This document shows, piece after piece, positions 1 through 10,185 of a stretch of DNA of 43,909 nucleotides. The translations under genes and the position numbers were made by a program. The DNA comes from a virus (Duplodnaviria > Caudoviricetes): positions 1 through 43,909 of the IMG/VR virus record IMGVR_UViG_3300037461_000364; one strand, written 5' to 3'. The notes below the pieces were generated by a model. The model saw nothing but the letters and a program-made list of their open reading frames with translations. It ran no database searches and was not told the DNA's origin. Position 1 is the stretch's first letter; each line of letters starts with the position of its first letter.

Positions 1-127
1 AAAGTCCGGTCGGATTCGCCAGGGTGCGATTGCCCGCGAGTGTGACGCGGAAGCTGTCGGAAATACCTGCTGGCACGTCGATAGTGGCTGCATCGGTCAG
101 CCAATAAACGCACCACTTGCCGAACCT
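1..127. repeat. Terminal direct repeat, copy 1 (assembly overlap of a circular genome)
   Basis: 1-127 is identical to 43783-43909. The length of 127 is a common assembler k-mer, and an ORF reads in frame across the junction. Confidence 0.95.
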
Positions 128-1480
128 CTCGCGGCGAATCCACTGCGCGCCATTGACCGTGAAAGTATCATCGTGCCCAGTCCCAGCCAGTACAACGTGC
201 CACTTGACCCATCCTTTAAGGTAGTTGCTGGAATCATCGATGTCGTAAGTGGTTACCCAAGTTCCAGCAGAGTCATGTTCAATGTTGAATTGTTCAATGT
301 TCACAAAATGTAAACCACCAGTTCCTACCAATCCGCGCTGGCAATGATAAACCCCGAGTCGCCCGAACTGGCTTGGGTGGGATCCGGCAACAAACTCGAG
401 CGCCTGGCGGCAACCCCAGACATTGACGTTATGGCCGTGCGTGTGTTCTCCGACCTTGATGCCCTTGTAGAAGCCGAGGACATTGACGATGCCAAGCACT
501 GTGTGGGCGTCGTTATTCAGTGCAGGAAGTTTTAGGCCGTAGCTGGTCGAGGTCGTCATTTCCGATAGGCCGTCAATGTCATAACTTCCCGTATCGAAGA
601 TTACGTTGTCGATTTCACAGCAGATGACATGCTCAAGGTCGACCGCCGTGAGTACCGGATTGCTCGGCATACGGATAGTCATGTTGCGGATGGCGACATG
701 GACATTCGAAAAATCGCCGGTCGAGCCGGACGGCCCCCATGCACCGATAAGGCACGGCGCGGTGCCGCCCGAGGTGTTGAGCGTCCCCTTGATGATCGTA
801 TGGTTGTCCGGAAGCGTCATCGATCCGATGACCGAGAAACCGGCGGGCGGTGCCACCTCGCCGCGCAGCTCGATGCTGATCTGCTCTGCCGACCAGTTGA
901 TGCGCGGCAGCAAAAGCTGTGCGTTGCTGCGGCTGGTATCCTGCAGCGAGCCGCCGATTTTATAAACGCCTTTCGGGAAGAACACCACGCCGCCGCCCGC
1001 TGCCGCCGCCGCATCGATGGCCGCCTGCACGGCGGTCGTATCGTCGGTCGTCCCGTCGCCGGTCGCGCCATAGGTTCGCACGTTGTACATGCCGCTGCTC
1101 GACAGGTTGGCGAGGCTCTGCGCATCGATGCGCTTAGAATCCCATTGCGTGATGGTGACGCTCTCGCCTGCCGCGTCGTCGACAATCACATCGCCGTCAG
1201 TGCCGCCGATAGTAATCTTCCCGGCAGTCACTGCCGTGATAACCCCAGAAATAATATTATTCGCTCCGCTGCCAGTGAATCCGCTGATCTTTACAGCCTT
1301 GCCGGACGTGAATCCGGCAGCAACGAAGCCATTTGCTGAATCGTTGAACGAGTTGTCACTGCCCTGGGCTGAGATCGTCGTCGCGGTGATTGTGACCGTC
1401 GATGAAAGTTTGGAAACGGCCACAATTTCCGCTCCAGACAATGACGAAGCGGCGGCAAGTTGGCTTGTTCTTTTGCTCAT
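1..1480 (-). CDS. Tailspike / beta-helix depolymerase-like receptor-binding protein, 5' part (continues across the circular junction to 43586; about 558 aa in total)
   Basis: Missing from the ORF track because it runs off the window edge. ATG at 1480 (MSKRTSQLAAASSLSG...). It carries the pectate_lyase_3-type entry motif YNVRTYGATGDGTTDDTTAVQAAIDAAAAAGGGVVFFPKGVY and is in frame with ORF 43586..43858 (1480+197=1677 nt). Confidence 0.85.
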   Translation of the reverse strand, partial: MSKRTSQLAAASSLSGAEIVAVSKLSSTVTITATTISAQGSDNSFNDSANGFVAAGFTSGKAVKISGFTGSGANNIISGVITAVTAGKITIGGTDGDVIVDDAAGESVTITQWDSKRIDAQSLANLSSSGMYNVRTYGATGDGTTDDTTAVQAAIDAAAAAGGGVVFFPKGVYKIGGSLQDTSRSNAQLLLPRINWSAEQISIELRGEVAPPAGFSVIGSMTLPDNHTIIKGTLNTSGGTAPCLIGAWGPSGSTGDFSNVHVAIRNMTIRMPSNPVLTAVDLEHVICCEIDNVIFDTGSYDIDGLSEMTTSTSYGLKLPALNNDAHTVLGIVNVLGFYKGIKVGEHTHGHNVNVWGCRQALEFVAGSHPSQFGRLGVYHCQRGLVGTGGLHFVNIEQFNIEHDSAGTWVTTYDIDDSSNYLKGWVKWHVVLAGTGHDDTFTVNGAQWIRRERFGKWCVYWLTDAATIDVPAGISDSFRVTLAGNRTLANPTGL

Positions 1481-1482
1481 TC

Positions 1483-4095
1483 TTACTCCAATATCATAGT
1501 GTCGCCGGCCTCATCGGCGAACGTGGCGCCGTCTTCGGCCAGCAGATTGTTATCTGCTGTAATTGTCATCGTGTGGACATGCGATTGCCAGGAGCGCAGG
1601 CCGTCGCGCATGGCGAATAGCGTCACTTCGATTTCAGTTGCCGAACCGGAAACAGAGGCGGCATAGCTTGTGCCGGAAATTCCGGATGCGCTCTCAATTA
1701 GCGTTACGCCTTCGCGGATTTCAACCGTGTAAGTCGTCCCGGCTTCCGGGCCGATACTCGTTTCATCCTGCTCGACAATATAGGCGGTTTGCGTCAATCG
1801 GTCACGGTGCGCCCAGGTAATCGTCAGGTCGCCGGTTATCGTTGTCGGGTAAGAGCTGGCCGACGGCGAGATTGATCCAGAATATTTTACGTTTCCTGGC
1901 GGATATGGGCGATATTGGCGCTGGTCGAATGTCAGCGTATCGACTGGCGCCAGGCTAATGTCAAGTTCACCTTGGCCGGTCAATGGCAACAGCTTTACGT
2001 CTAGCGTTTCGCTGTCAGCAAATTCGGTGGTTGAGAAACCGGCATACCCATCAGCAAAGAATATGCGCGATCCGGCGACATGATCCGCTGGAACTGTATC
2101 CAAAACACCCCTCGATATTGTTGCCGTATTCGCGCCTGCATCAATTGCTGAAACCAGCACATATTCATTTTCGATTACTGCATATCCGCCAGGCTCTACC
2201 AGGTCAATGTCAATTCCGCCTGACAACGTTATCGCCGTCGTTGTTTTGGTCAGCGCTTCGACAACCAGCGCTGACGGACAAAAGTCCCCATTTCCGTCAG
2301 CTGCATAATTTTCCGCGCCAATCCTGTCGTAGATGCTGTAATTGACTGCATCTCCAGATGGCCGCACGGCCAGCGTTTCAAGATAGCCTGACAGCGAATC
2401 GACGTAGGCCATGTCTGCTTCCGTCAGGCTGCGAATCAAGTCCCAATACGGCGCTTCAATAAGTTTGCGATAAGTTGCCGCCGCTGGTGGGTTCGACGGA
2501 TTGACCCACTCACCAGGTTGATTGACCAGATACGTGTTCTCAGGAAGACCAAATACGTCTTCGGATGCATCGATGATAATCTCGCCGTTTTGCAGGGTTC
2601 CGCGATTGACGGCAAGACAACGATAAACAGCGTCATCAATGCCGTAATCAGGCCATGTCAAACGAAAGACATCTCCTGGAAATACTTCCCATGCGGCGCG
2701 CGTTGCCGTTAATTTAATTTTTGCCAGTGGAGTCGAAACGGTATTCAGGTCGCGTAAGGCAACGCGCTGGGCGATGTCCGCCCGGCGAATGCCTGGATAA
2801 TTGCGCGTCTGTGCAACAACGCCGCCCTGAATTTGTATATTTGCGACATCCTGAACCGTTACCGCCGTTTGGTTGTTTGTGCAGGCCGCAATATAGACGA
2901 CAGTTATCTCATTGATCGTTTCGCCCCATGCCTGGCGCTGGTAGTCATCGGCGGATAAAAGATTGTTTGGACCGTATTGTGGCAATGTTTCTCGGTCGTA
3001 ATCGTCTCTAATCAGCTTGAGCGCAAAAAGACTTGTATCCGGCTTGACGTACAATATGCCGCCGATGTGGTCAAGAATGATTTTCAGGAATGCTTCGATT
3101 GTATCCTGCTGATTCCATACCATCGACAGGCCAAAACCTTCAGAGAACAGCGTATCGGCGGAGGAAGTAAATGAATCATTATCAATTGAACTTGTCGGAT
3201 AGCCCATCCCCCATGCCGTGTCAGTAAGGCACTGGTAAATTATATGTGCCGGGTTCATGTCGAACTGTTCGCACGATGAGTACAGCGTACATGCTACGCT
3301 GACGCTTCCGCCTTCGCCCTCAATAAAGGATCCGGTGTAACCTGAAGGGCATGATGGTGTAACAATAACTGCGGAAATTCCAACGTCTGCGCCGAGCTGA
3401 ACAGATCGCGCTGACACATACAGGGTTCCATCTTCGACCACCAGCACCGACGACAGATAGGTATAGGTAGACCCGGAGGCATCATTCCTGGCATTGATGC
3501 AGTTCGTGCCGATGGCATCGATTGTGCCGATATATCCTGTGGCCACATAGCCATACCCTTCGGGCAGCGGGTATGCGGTATGCGCGACATTGTGATATGC
3601 AGATCCGGCTTCTACGTAAAAATATCCTTCATGCGTGGTCGACCCTAGAATTTCCTGAGAATAAATTTCTGCTTTTTCCGGATACCACGCAGACCCGCCG
3701 ACCCATCCTTGCAGGATGCGCTTAACGCGGAACGCCCACGGCTTGATATAAGGGTTATTTGCCGTTACCTGGCCGCCGCGCCAGACAGCGGACAGGATTC
3801 CACGAAAAGCCGGAATCGTTGCGCCGATCGTGCTTGCAAGATATGAGTTTTCGACCTGCGTCGATTCTCCCATGAGAATATCAAGAGTACCAACTACGCC
3901 GCCTTCCTTCTTGTCACCACCAAATAATTCAGGCGCAGAAACGGAGACCGCCCCGCTAGTTGTTTGGTTTCCGTTCCATGCCGCGCGATCTCCAACAACC
4001 AGGCTTTTTACAGCGTCGACCGGGCCGTGACACAAACCCATATGCAGCCCGAGGTAATACCGGTACCCGACTGTGACTTTTTTACCGCTGCCCAT
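1483..4095 (-). CDS. Central tail tip / host-specificity protein (J-like tip attachment)
   Basis: 870 aa. N-terminal GYRYYLGLHMGLCHGPVD, plus DMNPAHII and LKLIRDDY motifs typical of siphovirus tail tip proteins; follows the hub genes. Confidence 0.85.
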   Translation of the reverse strand: MGSGKKVTVGYRYYLGLHMGLCHGPVDAVKSLVVGDRAAWNGNQTTSGAVSVSAPELFGGDKKEGGVVGTLDILMGESTQVENSYLASTIGATIPAFRGILSAVWRGGQVTANNPYIKPWAFRVKRILQGWVGGSAWYPEKAEIYSQEILGSTTHEGYFYVEAGSAYHNVAHTAYPLPEGYGYVATGYIGTIDAIGTNCINARNDASGSTYTYLSSVLVVEDGTLYVSARSVQLGADVGISAVIVTPSCPSGYTGSFIEGEGGSVSVACTLYSSCEQFDMNPAHIIYQCLTDTAWGMGYPTSSIDNDSFTSSADTLFSEGFGLSMVWNQQDTIEAFLKIILDHIGGILYVKPDTSLFALKLIRDDYDRETLPQYGPNNLLSADDYQRQAWGETINEITVVYIAACTNNQTAVTVQDVANIQIQGGVVAQTRNYPGIRRADIAQRVALRDLNTVSTPLAKIKLTATRAAWEVFPGDVFRLTWPDYGIDDAVYRCLAVNRGTLQNGEIIIDASEDVFGLPENTYLVNQPGEWVNPSNPPAAATYRKLIEAPYWDLIRSLTEADMAYVDSLSGYLETLAVRPSGDAVNYSIYDRIGAENYAADGNGDFCPSALVVEALTKTTTAITLSGGIDIDLVEPGGYAVIENEYVLVSAIDAGANTATISRGVLDTVPADHVAGSRIFFADGYAGFSTTEFADSETLDVKLLPLTGQGELDISLAPVDTLTFDQRQYRPYPPGNVKYSGSISPSASSYPTTITGDLTITWAHRDRLTQTAYIVEQDETSIGPEAGTTYTVEIREGVTLIESASGISGTSYAASVSGSATEIEVTLFAMRDGLRSWQSHVHTMTITADNNLLAEDGATFADEAGDTMILE

Positions 4096-4282
4096 TGCTT
4101 AACCTTTCGGCGTGGGCAATGACGCGCTCCGCCATCGCATTATTCATTGCACGCAACGCATCGGCAGTAATCCCGTTTTTTACAAAATCTGGCCAGTCTA
4201 TGCCCTCCCTGGCACACATTTCACGCATGCCGCGATTGCAATAGCCAAGCTCTCGACAATGGCGATGAAGCACAATAGTCAC
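4082..4282 (-). CDS. Small tail assembly protein
   Basis: GTG start overlaps the upstream stop. GYCNRGMR...GIDWPDFVKNGI motif is typical of small genes in this type of tail-tip cluster. Confidence 0.7.
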   Translation of the reverse strand: MTIVLHRHCRELGYCNRGMREMCAREGIDWPDFVKNGITADALRAMNNAMAERVIAHAERLSNGQR

Positions 4283-4512
4283 TTCTTCCCGCCCTTGACC
4301 TTGATTGGCGTGGTACGTAAGTCGCCGTACCAAAGCACATTTGGCCCAGTCAATATGACATCGCCAAATACGACAGGAACCGGCCGCCCCTGTTCGGCAA
4401 CCGGCACATCGAAATCTTTGATGGATAACGGAACCGGAACCGGCGGCTTGGGTCGCATCACATAGCTGACGACCAGCGAGACGACTAGCAGGAATATCTG
4501 AAAGTAGATCAT
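4279..4512 (-). CDS. Small tail tip structural protein
   Basis: 77 aa, hydrophobic N-terminus, PVAEQGRPVPVVFGDV...GPNVLWYGD motif. Confidence 0.8.
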   Translation of the reverse strand: MIYFQIFLLVVSLVVSYVMRPKPPVPVPLSIKDFDVPVAEQGRPVPVVFGDVILTGPNVLWYGDLRTTPIKVKGGKK

Positions 4513-4516
4513 CTGG

Positions 4517-5326
4517 TCAGTACAGCGAGGCGCCGTTAAACGGGTTCAGGTCTGGAAAATACGGCATTCCGCCGTAGTTCAGTCGATTGGCAAACTTCGA
4601 CTCGCAGGTTGCCAGGGTGTGATCGCAGCCAGGGTAAAGATAGACGATATCGGACACCGACAACCCAGGGATCTGGAAACTCACCGTGACGACGTTTCCC
4701 ACCTGCGAGCGAATAGACCGGCGGTCAAAATGGCCGGCAGCGCGCTCCCATTCCAGATACCCGCCGGCGTAGTAACCATCAGCGACGCCAAGGCTTGATG
4801 TCGTTATGGCCGCTCCGGTGATTGTGGAGACGGTTTTCGTGGCCTTCCATGTGGCGCGCACCAGCGCACATCCTGGACCATAGACGACGTGCGGGCATTG
4901 CTTCTGGTACATGCGGCGCAGGCCGACGCGCTTGAGTGAGGTGTAGACGCTCTCACAGTGGATTTCTGCTGCGGCCAGGCTCCAGGTGACGTTAAGGACG
5001 CGCCCAAGCCAGAGGGTGATTGCATTGCCATCGCCGGCGTGCAGGCGGCGCACCGTAACGGCTACAATGTCATCCGGGGGCAGCAATGAAAACAGATCAA
5101 GCACGCCGAGCGTGCGGGCGCATGTTATTTTCAGTGCCAGGCGGGCAGTTTCTGCGGTGGCCTCGACCGCATTGCGCGATATCGGCACAGCCGTGTACGT
5201 ATTTCCGCCATAAACAACATCGCCATCGGCGCTTGTGTAGCGGTAGTAAGTCGCGCCGTTGAGGAATTCATAAATCTCAACCGGGCGCCCGGATTGCACG
5301 GAAGTTTCGACGGCTGCGAAGGTCAT
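4517..5326 (-). CDS. Baseplate hub / BR0599-DUF2163-like tail protein (gpL-like Cys motif)
   Basis: CPHVVYGPGC and C-terminal PGCDHTLATCESKFANRLNYGGMPYFP. ATG at 5326 overlaps the upstream stop. Confidence 0.85.
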   Translation of the reverse strand: MTFAAVETSVQSGRPVEIYEFLNGATYYRYTSADGDVVYGGNTYTAVPISRNAVEATAETARLALKITCARTLGVLDLFSLLPPDDIVAVTVRRLHAGDGNAITLWLGRVLNVTWSLAAAEIHCESVYTSLKRVGLRRMYQKQCPHVVYGPGCALVRATWKATKTVSTITGAAITTSSLGVADGYYAGGYLEWERAAGHFDRRSIRSQVGNVVTVSFQIPGLSVSDIVYLYPGCDHTLATCESKFANRLNYGGMPYFPDLNPFNGASLY

Positions 5327-6471
5327 GGTACTGGCACCTCGATGCACGGCACGGACACGGCAAGCCCCTCGCCAGGCCGATGCAACAACTCTATGCGGTC
5401 GGCGTCGAAACGGGCGCAGCGCAGGTAGGAGATTCGGCGGAATGCGGAGGCGCTCACAGCAACGCCGAGCGCAGAGGCCAGCGTCAGGTCGATGGTCGGG
5501 CGCCCGCTCACGGTTGGGCCAGCGGCGGCGTTCGTTACCTGGCGCAGGAAAACGCCGGCCGGCGTGTCAATTTCCAGGTCGAAGGCGGTACGCCCGAGCG
5601 AGGTTGTTCCTGGCGGCGCAAAGACGCGCAGCGTGGTCGCGGACGAACCGATATCGGCAGCAACTTTGATATCGTTCTGCCAGGTCGATTGCCAGAAAGC
5701 CAGCCAGCGACCGTAGCGACTGGCGATCCAGGCGCGCAGCGCGGCAATCTCGGAAGGAGTGACAACGAGCCAGCGCATCATGAATCGATCGTCTATCAGG
5801 TCGCGCTGCTGCGAAACGGAAAGTTTTCCGGTCTCATTGTCGAATCGCTCGATCTGCCAGGAAAAATCTTCCTGCAACGCTCCACCGGCCACCGGAACCA
5901 TCGGCAAAACATCATGGCCGCGATACTGCGAATAGCTGGACGCCGCATACAGATCAACACCCGTCGACTCGAAGGAAATTTGAGCAACCTGCTTTGGTCC
6001 TGTCGGCCTTTCAAAATTGACGCTGACCGCTGCATGCGCGTTATCCACGCGGAAGACGCGCGTCGACGCGCGCGAGGAAATGACGAGGGCCAGAACCAAT
6101 GCCGCAGGCGCAACACTTTCAATGACGCATACCTCGTAATCCAGCGCACTGTTCCAGACCACCACCGACTGCCCGGCAACCAGACCCAGACCAGACGTAT
6201 CCATCGCCAAAGACACTGAAGTTCCGGCGGGAACCGCCCCGGCGAAGACCGCGAGCACCCAGTCAACAACCTGATACGACGACGCCCCGCGCACAATCGC
6301 CCGCGCTGCTGCCTGCCCGTCGGCGTCCAGTTCGTGATTGAAGTGCCACTGCCGGCGCGGCCGTTCGCGCAATCGGTGACGCATCTCCTCGGAACGGGCG
6401 CGCATCACATCAGTCCGCCACTCCAGCACCTCCATGACCTCGCCGAGCGGGAGAAATGGCCACAGGCTCAC
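5323..6471 (-). CDS. Distal tail / minor tail protein
   Basis: 382 aa directly after the tape measure gene; EVLEWRTDV and RFDADRIELLH motifs. Confidence 0.75.
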   Translation of the reverse strand: MSLWPFLPLGEVMEVLEWRTDVMRARSEEMRHRLRERPRRQWHFNHELDADGQAAARAIVRGASSYQVVDWVLAVFAGAVPAGTSVSLAMDTSGLGLVAGQSVVVWNSALDYEVCVIESVAPAALVLALVISSRASTRVFRVDNAHAAVSVNFERPTGPKQVAQISFESTGVDLYAASSYSQYRGHDVLPMVPVAGGALQEDFSWQIERFDNETGKLSVSQQRDLIDDRFMMRWLVVTPSEIAALRAWIASRYGRWLAFWQSTWQNDIKVAADIGSSATTLRVFAPPGTTSLGRTAFDLEIDTPAGVFLRQVTNAAAGPTVSGRPTIDLTLASALGVAVSASAFRRISYLRCARFDADRIELLHRPGEGLAVSVPCIEVPVP

Positions 6472-8768
6472 GCCAGAGCCTGCCGCATGGCGCTCGCATT
6501 CCGCTGCACCGCATTCATGATGATGCGCTCCCCTGACGCGCTGCCGAGAAAGTCGCCGACCACCGAACTGTCGAATGCGTTGATGATCCGGATATTCTGC
6601 GGCGCCGCAGGCCGCAGGCTTTCGCGCTGCTGCTCCTTCGTCAGCACCCGTTCACCCTTCTGCAGAATCGCCGGCACCTCATCACCAGCGAATCCGCCCT
6701 GGTGGAATCGCGGCGCACTGGCGAACGCGAGCGCCGGGACTGTCCGCGTGAAACTCGCCCCACCGGGTTCGCCGACCACTCCCCCCTTATGGAATCCGAG
6801 CGCGGCAATGCCTGCGCCGATGATTCCCCCTACTTCTCCCGTCGACCCCATATTTCTAAAAAGCGCCTTGGCAAGCTGAGCAGCAACAGCCTCGGCCAGC
6901 ATGCGCTGAACAACCTCAATGAACTTCCGCAACATCCCGTCGAGTCCCTCGCTGAACGGGTCAAACAAAAAATCCGCCATCGCCGACTGGATATTCTTCG
7001 CGGCAGACTTGGCGAACTCATCCATTTCCTTGCCGGTATCAGAAAGCTCCTTCTTCGCGTCCTCCAGGTCGTACTTCTTCGCGTCGCGCGCCGACAGCGC
7101 CTCGGTCAGCTTGCCGCGCAGTTCCAGTTCCTCGCGCATCGGCTTCAGCATCTCCTCAGTCGCCCCGCCCTCCCTGGCCATCGCCAGAGCATCGGTCAAC
7201 CGCGCCTGAATCACAGCCGAAATCTGCGCCTCGGTCAGCCCGTAGACCTCCGTCTCTTCCTCGGCCTTGGCGATCCGCTCGATCATCGCCTGCGTCGCCT
7301 TGACGTTCGCCTGCTCCTGGCGCTCCACATTGCTGCGGAACTCCTTGTACGCCGCGTTCTTCTTGTCCAGCGCCAGATACTCCTTCCACTCCGCCTCAGC
7401 CGCCGCGTACTGCGCCGCCGTCAGCTTCTTGCGCCCGCTTTCGACATCAGACTGCCACTTCGCATGCTCGCGCTCGGCAGCCGTCAGCTTCTCGGTCGCG
7501 TTCAACTCCAGGTTGGTCACGGCGATGCGCTCCTGCAGCGTCTCCATCGTCCGCTCGTAATCCGACACCCTCGCCGACCCGCCGCCGCCACCCCGCGCGC
7601 GCGGCGCCGGCTTATCCCTCACCGGAACCGGCGCATTCGGCTTGGCCTCGTCAGCCGCCTTGGCCGGCTCCAGCTTGTCGCGGAATTTCTCCATTGAAGC
7701 GATCTGGTTGCGCAGCACGGTAACGCGCTGCTCCAGATCGCCCTTCTTGCCGAAGACCATGCGGCCCAGAAGTCCGGCGTTCGCCGGGCTTTTTAGGTCG
7801 GCTTCCAGCCCGGCCAGTTCCGACTTCATGCCTTTCAGTTGCGCGTCGACAGACAGGTCAGCTTTCGACGGCCCCAGGATCACGTCGAATGGAATCTTCC
7901 CGATGCCGGCGATCCCGCGCAGCACCGCCAGCACCCCATGCCCCTCGATCTTCAGTTTGACCATCTCGGCCGCCGTATCCGCCAACGAAGGGATGAGGTC
8001 TTGCCCCAGGGAAATCTTCACACCTTCGGCGGCGGCTTTCAGCCGGGTCAGGTCGTCATTCAGCGCGTCGGCCTTCTTCGTCAGATCCTCGCCGAAGACC
8101 ACGCCCAGCTTGTGCGCCTCCTCGGAAGCGTCGCGCAGCCCCTGCGCGCCCTGGTTCAGCAATGGGATCATCCGCACCCACTGCCCGCCGAGCGCGTCCT
8201 GCACCAGCGCCGCCTTGGCCGCGCCGTCACGATACGAGGCAATCTTGTCCGCCACTTCTTCGAGCAGCTGGCGGCTTGTCTTCATTTCCCCGTTGGTATC
8301 GGTGACGGAAATGCCCATCGCCTTGTATGCCGCAGACGCCTGCCCGGCGCCGCGCGCGGCGTCCTGCGCCTTGTTGGCGAGCGTCTTCATCAGCGTCGCC
8401 ATTTCTTCCATCGACGCATCGTTCAGCTCGAAGGCGTAGCGCAGCTCGGAAACCGACTCCGTCGACTCGCCCATGCGCTGCGACAGCTTGTCGATCTCGT
8501 CGGCCGTGTCCTTGATCGCCACCGCCGACGCCAGTTGCGCCGCCGCCCAGGCAGCGATTCCGGCCGTTGCTGTCGCCACCACCGAGGTCAACGCAATCGT
8601 CGCCCCCTCCATCATGCCGGCAGCCGCCGAAGACTCTTTCAGCCCGCCGCCTGCCGCAATGGCGTTCTCCTTCAGCCCGTCAAGCTCGCGCGCCGCCTGC
8701 GCGGTCGCGCCCTTGAACCCGTCGACGCTGCCGACGACATCAATCCGCACATCGTTCTTGTCGCTCAT
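6468..8768 (-). CDS. Tail tape measure protein
   Basis: 766 aa, Ala/Glu/Lys-rich and helical; C-terminal FHKGGVVG...PRFHQGG...EVPAILQKGERVLT motif. Confidence 0.9.
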   Translation of the reverse strand: MSDKNDVRIDVVGSVDGFKGATAQAARELDGLKENAIAAGGGLKESSAAAGMMEGATIALTSVVATATAGIAAWAAAQLASAVAIKDTADEIDKLSQRMGESTESVSELRYAFELNDASMEEMATLMKTLANKAQDAARGAGQASAAYKAMGISVTDTNGEMKTSRQLLEEVADKIASYRDGAAKAALVQDALGGQWVRMIPLLNQGAQGLRDASEEAHKLGVVFGEDLTKKADALNDDLTRLKAAAEGVKISLGQDLIPSLADTAAEMVKLKIEGHGVLAVLRGIAGIGKIPFDVILGPSKADLSVDAQLKGMKSELAGLEADLKSPANAGLLGRMVFGKKGDLEQRVTVLRNQIASMEKFRDKLEPAKAADEAKPNAPVPVRDKPAPRARGGGGGSARVSDYERTMETLQERIAVTNLELNATEKLTAAEREHAKWQSDVESGRKKLTAAQYAAAEAEWKEYLALDKKNAAYKEFRSNVERQEQANVKATQAMIERIAKAEEETEVYGLTEAQISAVIQARLTDALAMAREGGATEEMLKPMREELELRGKLTEALSARDAKKYDLEDAKKELSDTGKEMDEFAKSAAKNIQSAMADFLFDPFSEGLDGMLRKFIEVVQRMLAEAVAAQLAKALFRNMGSTGEVGGIIGAGIAALGFHKGGVVGEPGGASFTRTVPALAFASAPRFHQGGFAGDEVPAILQKGERVLTKEQQRESLRPAAPQNIRIINAFDSSVVGDFLGSASGERIIMNAVQRNASAMRQALA

Positions 8769-8775
8769 GCGCCCG

Positions 8776-8824
8776 ATTCTTTCGCGTCAGCGGCTGCAAA
8801 AAAAGGGGAGCGCGCAGCCTCCCC
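8776..8824 (-). promoter_or_regulatory. Putative late promoter / terminator element upstream of tape measure
   Basis: Minus strand reads GGGG-N12-CCCC-TTTTTTT-GC-N14-AAGAAT-N7-ATG. The same spacing occurs at three other operon starts. Confidence 0.7.
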
Positions 8825-8847
8825 TGTTCCCCATGCCATTGCCCGTT

Positions 8848-9894
8848 TCACATTCCCACCCGCCGCCGCACCGCCGCCAGCGAGGACCGGATCATGCCCT
8901 GCTTCAGCTTGCCCTCGCGGTAAATTTCCGCCTTTCCCTTGCCTAGCACGCCGTCCTGCACCTCGGAAGGCAGCCGGTTCAGCGCCGCCATCGGCGACTC
9001 CTTGCCGGCCTTGTCCGCCTCGCTCACCTCGTCCTTGTAGACCACCTCGACATAGCTCAGCGTGTTCGGATGCGCCGGCCACGGGCATTTCTCGCGGCTC
9101 GGATAGACGCCTGGCCCCAGCCCGTGCACATTCTGGCTCGCCAGCAGGTCGCAGATGTCGTGCTTCGGATGTGCCGGCGAAAGCAGGAAACGGAACCCGG
9201 CGAAGTCGGGATTCTGGTCTGCGCCCGCCATGTACGCCTCGCCGTGCGCCCGGTTGATCTCCGTCCGAAAAACCCGCTGCGCCTGGTACAGCGCCGACCG
9301 CTCGCCGTCGGTCATCAGCCGCGCCGCCGTGTTGCCAAGCGCCGTGCTCTCGCCCGCGCCCAGCCGCGCCGCGACCTCCGCCGGCACCGCCTGCCCGCGC
9401 GCCAGGAACTCGCGCGCCGCCTGCGCCGACCCATGCCCCTGCACCACCGCCGACTCCACCGCCCGCGTGATCTCCTCGCGCGCGCCACGGTCGACCCGCC
9501 ACAGCCGCTCCGAAAGCATCAGGCCGTCCTGGGCCACAAAATGCCGCACGAAGTCCACCGCCTCGGTCGCCACCCGCTGCGCGGCGGCCCCGGCCAGCGC
9601 CGCCCCGGCCGCGCCCGTCTGCGCCGCCTGCGTGATTCCCGCCATCACCACCCCGTCGCGCGTCACCGCCACGCTTTCGAGGATGCCTTCCACCTGCGCC
9701 AGCACCGACCGCAGCTCGGCGAGCGTCACATTGCCATCGTTGCCGCCAGCCCGCGCGATCGCATCGCGCAGCGCTGCCGCCGCGTCGCCATAGATGCGCG
9801 CCAGTTCCGCGCGCCCCACATCGTCCAGCGTTTCCAGCGCCTTGCGCGCCGCCAGCGTCGCCCGGCGAATCTCCGCCCGCTCGCGTGCGCTCAC
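8848..9894 (-). CDS. Minor head morphogenesis protein (SPP1 gp7 / Mu gpF-like)
   Basis: LSERLW, RVFRTEINRAH, LSPAHPKHDICD and PAHPN motifs. Confidence 0.8.
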   Translation of the reverse strand: MSARERAEIRRATLAARKALETLDDVGRAELARIYGDAAAALRDAIARAGGNDGNVTLAELRSVLAQVEGILESVAVTRDGVVMAGITQAAQTGAAGAALAGAAAQRVATEAVDFVRHFVAQDGLMLSERLWRVDRGAREEITRAVESAVVQGHGSAQAAREFLARGQAVPAEVAARLGAGESTALGNTAARLMTDGERSALYQAQRVFRTEINRAHGEAYMAGADQNPDFAGFRFLLSPAHPKHDICDLLASQNVHGLGPGVYPSREKCPWPAHPNTLSYVEVVYKDEVSEADKAGKESPMAALNRLPSEVQDGVLGKGKAEIYREGKLKQGMIRSSLAAVRRRVGM

Positions 9895-10184
9895 GCCTTC
9901 ACTTCCAGCGTCGCCCGCTCGATGAAGACATGGCCAAGGCTCGTCGTCGCCGTGAATTCCAGCGTGTAATACACCCCGACCACCCCGCCGTCGACCTCCT
10001 GCCAGATCGTCTCCCCGTCAATGACCGCCGCCCCGTCCAGCAGCGCCGAAGGCGTCGCATCCGTCCCCTGCAACACGCTCGCCGTCACAGCCGCCGTCGA
10101 GATCGTCTCGCCAGCCGCCAGCAGGCGCACGAAATCAACCCCGAGACGTACCCGCTCGCCGGTTTTCTTGTCCGAGAATTCCAC
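9891..10184 (-). CDS. Putative fibre adaptor (small beta-rich virion protein)
   Basis: 97 aa, KKTGERVRLGVDF...GETI...GGVVGVYYTLEFTATTS pattern; lies at the end of the fibre module. Confidence 0.6.
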   Translation of the reverse strand: MEFSDKKTGERVRLGVDFVRLLAAGETISTAAVTASVLQGTDATPSALLDGAAVIDGETIWQEVDGGVVGVYYTLEFTATTSLGHVFIERATLEVKA

Positions 10185-10185
10185 G

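Noticed and set aside
1-127. Biological terminal repeat or attL/attR
   Set aside because: The length equals a standard assembler k-mer and it falls mid-gene, so it is treated as circular overlap.
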